Assembly: GCF_031769215.1 (NCBI RefSeq)
Contig: NW_026781956.1
Coordinates: 124,001 to 188,000 of the forward strand
Length of the DNA stretch: 64,000 bases
Direction: 5' to 3'
DNA from: Ylistrum balloti
Taxonomy: Eukaryota
The notes beneath the pieces were generated by a model. It was not told where the DNA came from and made no database searches. It saw nothing but the letters and a program-made list of their open reading frames with translations. Within the stretch, counting starts at the first letter, position 1, and every line of letters starts with the position of its first letter. The translations under genes and the position numbers were made by a program. Below are positions 42,501 through 54,500 of the stretch, piece after piece.

Positions 42501-45500
42501 GCGATTGATTATTGGTATTGTATATACCTTTACATTTGCCGTTTTTGTCCGATTCATATCCGGATATACAAACACATTCTCCGTTTACTCTCTCCTCGTT
42601 CTTTCCACATTGTTCTTCATCTGCCTTATTACATTCTAAAGTAACACAGAAGTATTATTCTTTTAAAATCTTATATTGTTGGCATAATTAAATCTTAATA
42701 AATTATTAAGAAACAAACCATTTTCTGAAGACAAACTCCTTAATCAAACTTTAATAACGTTGTCGGGGTATTATATTATTTTAAAATAATTCAAAAATAA
42801 ATGTCCCAGTGTAATATTCCAAGGGAAGTACAATGACCCTACTAAACACATACGATCGTCAACCATTTAACAAACGGCCAGGTTATGTTACGAATTGGAC
42901 AGTATCATTTCAAAACAATACGATATTCATCATTCACCAGTCAACAATTTTCACACGCTAAACATATCTTACCTTCACTTTTGACTATAAATTTTCCCCG
43001 ACACCCATCTTTGACATACATCTTGCCACTGTTAGTTACACCATAAGATTTTCCTTTATCGCAACTACTCCTGGAATATTGTTTCTTTAACATGACTTCA
43101 TGAATTGAGAATTTTGTCTCACAAGTGGCTCGCTGGAAGTCTTTACTGGAGCAAACAATGGTATCCTTGTGACATTCTGTAATCACAAATGTATTAACAC
43201 ATGTATCATATGTTTAATTTGATATAGGCATTGATCAAATCATTTCCGTTATTCAATGTAAATGTAAAGTATTGATGTCTTAATTACTTACTTGTTCAAT
43301 GAGCTAAAATCATGATAATAGGCCTAAAATTGCCTATAGAATATCGATATTCATCTCGTCTGAAAATATTGCTTTATTCTGAATTATGAAGAAAATACGC
43401 ATGGTGTCCAAAGAGAATCAGTAGCATAAATATCATCTTTTGCATGTTCCACACGGTTTGGTGACCGAAGTAATTGCTCTAATTGGCCACCATATTCGTG
43501 TCAAACTAACAGGTATTAAAAACGCACCATTATTGGGTATAGAAGGGTTTTTAATTACCTTGACCATAACGAAAGTTTCTCAACAGGTCTATGCAAACTT
43601 AAGGCTATAATTGTTCATATGATAAAATACAAAAATGTAATGAATTATCTGCTGCGACGAAGCATCAACTGACAGCATTGAATACCTTGAAATCATATTT
43701 TGTGTCCAAAAACCCGAAAAATCCCTTTTGACGAGCCCTGGAATGTGAGAAAACAAATTAACAATAATTACTTGTACAGTGTTTGCCGTTTCCTTGGTAA
43801 CCTGGTAAACACACGCATTGTTTCCGACCATCTTTTACATTACACTTTGCGGCTTTGTCGCAACCATTTCCTTCGTCTATCACGTTCATTGTTGGTACTG
43901 ATGTTTTATTCCTTTGACACTGATACTCTTTTCTACAGTCGTCCGTGACATATTTGTCGCCAATCTGTTGCCAATTATACATATTACATTCACATCCCAA
44001 AATAGTTTCACTTCAGAGCACTCCAGTGATAAACCATGATCTTATCAAGTTATTAGATGCGATCTGAAATTATGTATCTATATCAGATCAATTACATTAC
44101 TGACATAATTCGTGCAAATGTTATTTATGTTATTTATTCTTCGACTTGAAATTAAATGTCAGTAAGAAATAAAATGGCAATTATCGCAAGATTTGTACAT
44201 TTATACAAGTACATTTGATAGACGAAATATAGTTTGGTTAACATCATATTGCTCAGAGAGACGAAACTTCATAGAACTTTACCTTGAAATAATGTCCATC
44301 AAGTGAACAGCCACAATCATCCGCCTTAACGCACGTTAAATCATTGCGGACGTATCCCTCCTTGCAAACGCAGCCTTCAGTTGCTGGTAACCCACACACA
44401 AAATCGGGCATATCTGTTGGTTCTCCACATGTGTCTTGACATGCCGCCACCTCGTGACTGTATTCTTCATTCTCGTTACATATCATCGCTTTCAAGACAT
44501 AAAACAATTCGAACGTTGTCATCAAATCGTCAAATTGTCTTTCGTTTAATTGTAATAAATGCATACTTAAAAGGACAACATATATACATTTATATGTCAG
44601 TCTTGGAAATATTTAAGTAATAGAATTCTCGGGAAGATGCAGGAAACGACTGTATCTAATTTCGATGTACGAATATGTTTCAAACTCATGCCGTTTCGTT
44701 TCGACGTTTTCTCAGATTTTGAATTTTACTACCATATCGTTGTTACTGTATTTGACTTGTTAACAATGAACTGAGATAGACAAATATGAAGGAAGAAACT
44801 ACAATACTCACGGCAGAACTTTGTGGTTCTCCACGACACTTGGATTCCATAATCTCCTAACGTAGAAACGAAGTCTTCGATAGATGAACAAGCAACTTTC
44901 GTTGCATCTGTTTTCATGTAAGCGCAAACATCAATGATGCAAGACGCAAGCGCTTCATCAGCGATGGCTTTCAAGTCTGGATTACGCTTTAAAATGTCCA
45001 CAAATGGTCCCTCTTGTCCTCTTAATATCCCGCAATACTTACGTGACATTACGCTTTCTTTTACTTTGTCATTTGTACATTTCTCGAATGGATGACCATC
45101 ACGTTTACAACTGAAAAAAGTATATCAAGTCACAGTGTTTTATGACGACGGGACCAAAAAATAAGTCTACTTAAGCATTGTTCGTTCAACATATATGATG
45201 AAATTTGGAGGGAAAATCATGTATAATCCATTGTAAGAAATATCAATACTGGTAAATCAAAACACTTATTTATAGCTGATATTTAATAAATACATATCAA
45301 AATAAAGAGCTACGCGCTAGAGTTTAAATTTTGTGCAGTTGTGAAATGAAAAACACAAATGTTTGCTGAAATATCGTTCATAACACTCTAAACATTATGC
45401 AAAACATCGAATACAGAGGCTGAAATATTCTACAGTCGTTATAAAACGAAGCCTTTTTTAGATATGCATTCGCTTGTGCTACACTAGGGAGAGTCAGAAG

Positions 45501-48500
45501 GGTTTGATGTTCTGTTTGTCGCGGTCGACAGTCGAAATTCCCCTTTAAGTATACGCATGCAAAGACTCTAACGATCCCTGCGAAGGTCAGCATTCAAGCA
45601 ATGTGTTATATGCTTTACAAAAGTATCATATTTATAAATCATGCATCGATGGACAGACAAAACATTTTTCTACTAACTTGCATGTGTGTCAAAGCCCTTG
45701 AAAGATTAAAACAACTAAGCTAAGTATCTCCACTCATTTTCTTAACAACTTCACTGCAATGATCACCAGTATGGAATCCCTCTAGACTTATCCTTGTAAA
45801 TCTACCTTGCCGCTAATCCTACAAGATTTTACGTTTACATTACTTGTTTACATTACTTTATTTGTAAATATCACAAGTGCTGGACATTTACTCGGACACA
45901 GGCACCAATACAATCGTATATGTAATACGTCACGCTATGGTGGCGAAACTCAGACGCGACGATTCCACAAGGTCAGTGCATTATATTTGTTATACGAAAT
46001 CCGTTTTCTATTTGGAATTTTACCTTCAAAAGATAGGATGCTTGGCAAGGAATGAAAAATACTACGCATACCATGAAATAGTGTTTCGTTATATGATATA
46101 ATTTATCTGTGTGTGCGTTTGATTAAATCTAATAGAATCGCGGTTCCTTTATAAAACGTTTTCCATACTGAATGCAATTTGCATATATTCTATCATTAGG
46201 ATTGATGAGAGCATGGGTAAAACGGTAATTTTGTGTCGAATTGACCGATTTTCTTTTTAACCCTGTTTATTCCTACTGAAGGTGGGTATTACTCACACTT
46301 TATCTTTCTCAATGACTCTGTAGCTCTCTCCAATCAAGTTATATCGGTTTTTTTCTGTTGAGACGTCAGTTCCATCCTTCGTTCTATAGTCATCCCTTTT
46401 ACCATTACAATCACCACATATACCTTTCAAATGGCCACTATACGACTTGGGAACTTTGACTTTAACCCTGGATCGACCGTCCCACGTTATCGTGTGATTA
46501 CATTTCTTCGTTCTCAGTTCGACGGATTCACCTCTAATCATCAAGGATACACCGTTTTCGGTGAAAGGCAAACGAACCTTTAAATCATCCACCTATTCAA
46601 CAGAAATACACATTTGAGTAAAATTATATTATGGCAGTCAGAGGCTGTTTTCTTTTCCTGACAATTAGATCCCTTTCAGACCTTAAAACATTTCCTTTTT
46701 TTACTCCTAACTGCTTCACTGAATCACAAATATTTACATAATGGGTGCAGTTGAAGAACCAGAAGAGGTTTACTTTTCTGAAACACATATAAACAAATAT
46801 AAACTTTATTTATTTTACAACAATTGCGAAACAAGTTATGTCAACTTATACTAATCATTCTTGTTGACCCGGATGTAAGCGCGCGAGGGGTCTTATAGGT
46901 GAAAGGCGAGTGCGTTACCACTGCGCCACCCGACCACCCTTATTCTAATTCTCTTTATAGGTGTATAGGAATATTCGCCTAATTTTTTCTTTAGTTCATA
47001 TTTTGTCCTAGTTTGATTTAATTTGAATTTGGATTATGATTATGTAGACATGTTGGTATTTTCGTAATGTTTTTCGTGTTTAATTAAATTCTAACCTAGC
47101 CTTCAAGATTGTACAAAATATATACAAGTTACTTGCACCCGTTCATACAAATTTAGAGTTAGATACGACAAAGCCAAACTCTTCAGTGATGCTATGGGCC
47201 TTAATTTTGAAGCTTAGGACGCGACTAAGAAAAATCCAATGTGATCAAAGGAAATATCAAAATCTAGGTTGGGAAGTGCAATAAACTACTATTGCAACAA
47301 AGAAAATGTCATTTGCAAATATCTCATCTGATAATTTCATATCAATAGTAATACTAAAAAAGGTACCTAAGCCATGGAAATAACACTTATCAACCGAATC
47401 ATGCGTCAACTAAAAGGTCACAAAATGTAGTCTATAGGCCATATCCAGCGCTCAGAATAGCTCTCAATTACACCTCTTTGTAAACATGTATATAAAAACA
47501 CAAAAGTCTAAAATATTACGTTGGCATTTGTTTGCGAATTGAAGCTATCGAAGTCTACAAACAACAAAGAAAACTGACATATACATTTTTTTTAATTAAA
47601 AACTCCAAATCGATCAAATCTGAGCATATATTTACAAAAATGATTTATATACTTTAAAAAAATGCAAGAACGATACGACAAGGTATTCTGGGAGAAGGAG
47701 ACACATATTCTGCTTCACAGACGACACCCGTCTTATCAATTAAAGTTATCAATGTCACATTAACAAATGAAAACAAGGTTAACAGAACCGAAATCTTCGG
47801 ACAAAATAGCAAGTATCGAACACATCTAAGGACAGATGTCAGAAGGAAACTGAATTTTCATAATGACATCCTGATGATAAACGATAGTAATACCATTGTT
47901 CGACTTCTAATTTAATGACGGGGGTTCGATTCACAGTTCATGAGTTCTGCGAACTACCATCCGCCCCTATAAAACTTATTAGCATAAAATGATAAAACCT
48001 GTTTCATAATCATTGCAAAGTATATAAAGTTTTACATTTTCTAGAGATCATTTCTTATTTTTTTATTAAAAGAATCACCAATATAACAGGAATGCAATGA
48101 GCTACGAGCAATAAGATATCGTCTCAATAGAATATCTTCAGAAAGTTCAAGAATGCAAATAAAGAATTCGCTAAAACTTTATGAGTTTTATTTAAGGGAA
48201 CTCAACATATGTTATTAAACAGAGAGTCTTACACACTAGATGTCGTGAGAGTGATTTGCTGATGAGAATGTACTTTCATACTAACCTTAACCTTTTTTCC
48301 TGGCAGAAGGTAAATACGTTTGTTCAGGGTCTCAACATATACCAATTTAGTAAAAGATACATGCGTCTTTCCATAACGATGCTCGTTCTTCACCTCTACC
48401 TTGATTCTACAAAGGTCGTCTGGTTTTGTGGATTCCGTGAGAGTGTACCTACATGTTCCCATGAAGTGTATCATCTGACCGTCATAAGTTCTATAGTGAG

Positions 48501-51500
48501 GATCCCCGTACACAGAACACATACATGACTCTAAACAGAACAAAAAAAAAAAAAAAAAAACTTGGTGTTATGTGTGAACCGAACATCAAAGATCTCAAGA
48601 TCCGTATGATCAAATTACAATACAGAGTATAATATTTAGTTGTATTTCTTTAGAATTTATATACTGTTGTATATTATTGTATTGATACACGTGATTGTAT
48701 ATTTGAAACTGCTCTAAAGCTCCATCCATAGTCAACGTTGATAAATTAACGGATGAATTACCTTTTTCATAATTATTTACATTTGAATGCTAACATAGTT
48801 ATTACTTGTAATCATTTGATGTGCTTTCTTAAAAAGGCCCGGGCCAGCATGTTGGATACAATATCCTACCTTCACAATTGTCGAAAGGATCCCCGAAGTA
48901 TCCTTTTTTACAAGTACATTTCCCTTTCTTTTTCTCGGCGTTTCGTCCACATGTATTTGAATCTCTGCATTTTTCTGAATATGATTAAGTAATGCAATAT
49001 TATATATAAACCACACTGCACGGTCTTTGACATCATACATAATCATTTATCATGATTGAGGTCACATGATTTACCTGTCTGATTCAAGTTTGTGTACAGG
49101 AGTAATTTACTCTGTACATTAACTGAAATTATATCCACGCTATATATACGTGAAATTACAACAACTGCATGTGGTAGTGTCACTAAAATTACTTTTAATA
49201 TTTTCCAGAAGTGAAACAGTTTCAGTTGCTCCCATGAAGTTTCATTTGCATTTAAAAAGTTCATGTATATGTGTTGGACATTTTCTTCACACCCACCTGG
49301 TTTTGTTACGTTGAACAATCCACGGCATCCTTTCTTTACGAACAGAAATCTTCCTCTTAATCCAAACGTTTCTTTCTCTCTACAGCTTGCTTTGGAGTAT
49401 TGTTTAACCAAAACCACTTTTTTAAATCGTTCGCCCAGTGGACATCGTCGGAATCTCCGTTTGGTACTTTCACATGTGATTTCTCGGTCACAGTTAGGTG
49501 ACGATTCTGTTAATTATATCGGATTTAAAGGTTTATTTCAAGTATGAAGAGGAAGTGTTGTGTTAATGTAGTTATTAATCCATACGTTAACATCTCAAAC
49601 GGAAGATTGCAATAATATATTTTCTACTTTTAGGTTTGCATCAAATGATAAAAATGGGCCACACATGATGAAAAAGATTCTTCAGCTTTCTTATATACCT
49701 TTACATTTGCCGTTTTTGTCCGATTCATATCCGGATATACAAACACATTCTCCGTTTACTCTCTCCTCGTTCTTTCCACATTGTTCTTCATCTGTCTTAT
49801 TACATTCTAAAGTAACACAGAAGTATTATTCTTTTAAAATCTTATATTGTTGGCATAATTAAATCTTAATAAATTATTAAGAAACAAACTATTTTCTTAA
49901 GACAAACTCCTTAATCAAACTTTAATAACGTTGTCGGGGTATTATATTATTTTAAAATAATTCAAAAATAAATGTCCCAGTGTAACATACCAAGGGAAGT
50001 ACAATGACCCTACTAAACACATACGATCGTCAACCATTTAACAAACGGCCAGGTTATGTTACGAATTGGACAGTATCATTTCAAAACAATACGATATTCA
50101 TAATTCACAAGTCAACAATTTTCACACGCTAAACATATCTTACCTTCACTTTTGACTATAAATTTTCCCCGACACCCATATCTGACATACATCTTGCCAC
50201 TGTTAGTTACACCATAAGATTTTCCTTTATCGCAACTACTCCTGGAATATTGTTTCTTTAACATGACTTCATGAATTGAGAATTTTGTCTCACAAGTGGC
50301 TGGCTGGAAATAATTACTGGAGCAAACAATGGTATCCTTTTGACATTCTGTAATCACAAATGTATTAACACATGTATCATATGTTTAATTTGATATAGGC
50401 ATTGATCAAATCATTTCCGTTATTCAATGTAAATGTAAAGTATTGATGTCTTAATTACTTACTTGTTCAATGAGCTAAAATCATGATAATAGGCTAATTT
50501 GGTGATATATGTATTGGAAAAGAACTCCGTTACACTTAAATGACAAGTGCTCGTGCAATAGCTCAGTAAACTACGTCGTAAACTATAATTGGTACGCAAC
50601 ATGGAAAGCATTTTCATTGTCGTATGACATTAAAAAAGAGATAACAATTTGATTAGAGAAGTCATACTTGCAATATTCGGTATATACAATCACTCATCTG
50701 GTGAGAGAAGTTTAAAAAAAACCCGTTTTTTTTTTTTTTTTTGTTTTTTAAGAGAAATTGGTACCATATCACAGGCGCTAGGATTTTAAAACAGATGTTG
50801 TAATTCTAATAGTGAAGAAAAAGGTTATGGAAAATTGATAGGTTAAGGTGATATACTATACTTATTGAGAATTTCGTCAGCGATTGATTATTGGTATTGT
50901 ATATACCTTTACATTTGCCGTTTTTGTCCGATTCATATCCGGATATACAAACACATTCTCCGTTTACTCTCTCCTCGTTCTTTCCACATTGTTCTTCATC
51001 TGCCTTATTACATTCTAAAGTAACACAGAAGTATTATTCTTTTAAAATCTTATATTGTTGGCATAATTAAATCTTAATAAATTATTAAGAAACAAACCAT
51101 TTTCTTAAGACAAACTCCTTAATCAAACTTTAATAACGTTGTCGGGGTATTATATTATTTTAAAATAATTCAAAAATAAATGTCCCAGTGTAACATACCA
51201 AGGGAAGTACAATGACCCTACTAAACACATACGATCGTCAACCATTTAACAAACGGCCAGGTTATGTTACGAATTGGACAGTATCATTTCAAAACAATAC
51301 GATATTCATAATTCACAAGTCAACAATTTTCACACGCTAAACATATCTTACCTTCACTTTTGACTATAAATTTTCCCCGACACCCATATCTGACATACAT
51401 CTTGCCACTGTTAGTTACACCATAAGATTTTCCTTTATCGCAACTACTCCTGGAATATTGTTTCTTTAACATGACTTCATGAATTGAGAATTTTGTCTCA

Positions 51501-54500
51501 CAAGTGGCTCGCTGGAAGTCTTTACTGGAGCAAACAATGGTATCCTTGTGACATTCTGTAATCACAAATGTATTAACACATGTATCATATGTTTAATTTG
51601 ATATAGGCATTGATCAAATCATTTCCGTTATTCAATGTAAATGTAAAGTATTGATGTCTTAATTACTTACTTGTTCAATGAGCTAAAATCATGATAATAG
51701 GCTAATTTGGTGATATATGTATTGGAAAAGAACTCCGTTACACTTAAATGACAAGTGCTCGTGCAATAGCTCAGTAAACTACGTCGTAAACTATAATTGG
51801 TACGCAACTTGGAAAGCATTTTCTTTGTCGTATGACATTAAAAAAGAGATAACAATTTGATTAGAGAAGTCATACTTGCAATATTCGGTATATACAATCA
51901 CTCATCTGGTGAGAGAAGTTTTAAAAAAACCCGGTTTTTTTTGTTTTTGTTTTTTAAGAGAAATTGGTACCATATCACAGGCGCTAGGATTTTAAAACAG
52001 ATGTTGTAATTCTAATAGTGAAGAAAATGGTTATGGAAAATTGATAGGTTAAGGTGATATACTATACTTATTGAGAATTTCGTCAGCGATTGATTATTGG
52101 TATTGTATATACCTTTACATTTGCCGTTTTTGTCCGATTCATATCCGGATATACAAACACATTCTCCGTTTACTCTCTCCTCGTTCTTTCCACATTGTTC
52201 TTCATCTGTCTTATTACATTCTAAAGTAACACAGAAGTATTATTCTTTTAAAATCTTATATTGTTGGCATAATTAAATCTTAATAAATTATTAAGAAACA
52301 AACCATTTTCTTAAGACAAACTCCTTAATCAAACTTTAATAACGTTGTCGGGGTATTATATTATTTTAAAATAATTCAAAAATAAATGTCCCAGTGTAAC
52401 ATACCAAGGGAAGTACAATGACCCTACTAAACACATACGATCGTCAACCATTTAACAAACGGCCAGGTTATGTTACGAATTGGACAGTATCATTTCAAAA
52501 CAATACGATATTCATAATTCACAAGTCAACAATTTTCACACGCTAAACATATCTTACCTTCACTTTTGACTATAAATTTTCCCCGACACCCATATCTGAC
52601 ATACATCTTGCCACTGTTAGTTACACCATAAGATTTTCCTTTATCGCAACTACTCCTGGAATATTGTTTCTTTAACATGACTTCATGAATTGAGAATTTT
52701 GTCTCACAAGTGGCTGGCTGGAAATAATTACTGGAGCAATTGATGGTATCCTTTTGACATTCTGTAATCACAAATGTATTAACACATGTATCATATGTTT
52801 AATTTGATATAGGCATTGATCAAAATATTTCCGTTATTCAATGTAAATGTAAAGTATTGATGTCTTAAATACTTACTTGTTCAGTGAGCTAAAAAAATAT
52901 GAGAGGCTAATTTGGTGATATATGTATTGGAAAAGAACTCCGTTACACTTAAATGGCAAGTGCTCGTGCAATAGCTCAGTAAACTACGTCGTAAACTATA
53001 ATTGATACGCAACTTGGTAAGCATTTTCTTTGTCGTATGACATTAAAAAGGAGATAACAATTTGATTAGAGAAGGCATACTTGTGCAATATTCGGTATAT
53101 ACAATCACTCATCTGGTGAGAGAAGTTTAAAAAAAAATCCCGCTTTTTTGGCTGTTTTAGAGAAATTGGTACCATATCACAGGCAAAATGTGCATTTTTC
53201 ACACATTCTATAATAACCAAAGGGAGAAAACATTTCAAACAATATTTCGTATGTTGTCACACAAATGTTTTGTGTAGCATGACAATACTTAAAACTATTA
53301 ATCATCTGTACAAAAAGTATTTTCTAACTCTCATATGGATGGTAGCAATAATCTACTTCTGCGTTTAGGTTTGCACGAAATGTTAAGATTTATACTTTAT
53401 ATTTTCTTACTGCGGTCATAAAAAATCGTTAAAATTCATATTATTTATTGTCATTGATGTTTTTTGATAACGAACGAAAATCTAAGATATTTGTATTTTT
53501 TATAACTTTGTAATTGATGGCTGTGCTGACTGATTGGTCTACTATTTTACTGCATAGCTGACCACTTGATACGTTAAATTGCATCAACAATTTGAGCGTT
53601 TTCTCATTGCTTAGCAAGTGTAGATTTCTACTAAGTTTTGCATGGATTATCACCATAAATCACAGATTTCTAACTTGTGAAATCCGACTTTGTTAACCAT
53701 TTCCCAATTGGATTTTGGTAGCAATAATAAAAATTTCTGCATGTTTTTTTTATCTTTTAAAATAAATCGTTAGAGTATTTTTTTTTCACATTATTTTTAA
53801 TATCCCTGGACAATACTATCTAAAAGATAAATATATAATTTAAAAACATCACTACAAAAACACAGAATGTCCTTTATTCAGTCAAAAGAAAGTGAGAATA
53901 ATTTTCTTTTCTAACTCTTTGAGGAATACTTCCTTTAAGATTGATTATTTCCCCATTGTCGTACAAAGGGATTAAATGAACTTTAAGCTTGCCAAAATGT
54001 TTCATTGTTGTATGCCTTGTTCTCATTAGAGTACTTGACATAACTTTCTTGAATTGATCAAGATTTACATGGCGGATGCCGTCGATGTCGATGAAGCTGA
54101 AGACGCTTACTCTTCTGAAACACCTGATCTTATTATCTTTGTGCTTTTTCCATGATCTTCTCTGTAAATATTTTGTTTGTTTACATTTTGACTTACTTTA
54201 ATCGTACTTGAGTTTAGAATACGACCACTAACTCTGAAGTTGTTTTAAAAGATGCGTGTCTTTCGTACAATATTGCCATCTGGATATATTGCTGACGGGG
54301 TTTCGTATGTTATATGACGTTTATTGACCAATGACCGTGAAGGTTAACGAAAGAGAATGATGTTGAAATAGCAAACCAGTATTGCTGTCCAGTATCTCTA
54401 CCATCAGAATGAAATTGCGCTAACAGCTGGGACGCAGCCGTGAAGAGAACAAAAGCGTTACAGTTTGTTTAATTCGAGTCGTCGTATACCTCAGCGCTTT

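Larger units (their letters stand above)
6215..52870. repeat. Five-copy intragenic tandem macro-repeat, periods 8,374 / 9,597 / 10,768 / 8,379 bp
   Basis: The unit-start motif cctatagaatatcgat recurs at 6215, 14589, 24186, 34954 and 43333. Introns and exons are nearly identical by eye. Period differences are roughly multiples of 1.2 kb. The right boundary is approximate. Confidence 0.95.
12583..53160. repeat. Nested ~1.2-kb tandem subunit (ADEL-A exon + EGF-A exon), 14 copies in clusters of 2,3,4,2,3 (left to right)
   Basis: Spacings of the matching ORFs are 1201; 1211, 1203; 1185, 1208, 1196; 1200; 1208, 1206 bp. Length noise comes mainly from an A/T homopolymer tract. Confidence 0.95.

Noticed and set aside
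6268-49862. Dozens of repeated 60-125 aa ORFs on both strands (e.g. MCPKTRK..., MLVTHTQ..., MLTFAGI..., MLMRMYF..., MIMYDVK..., MMKKILQ...)
   Set aside because: They are antisense or off-frame shadows of real exons, or intronic chance ORFs. They recur only because the DNA is duplicated.
54068-54130. Segment (also near 10560-10612 on the opposite strand) resembling an abundant bivalve interspersed repeat (..gcttactcttctgaaacacctgat..)
   Set aside because: It is too short and degenerate to delimit or name without a repeat library.
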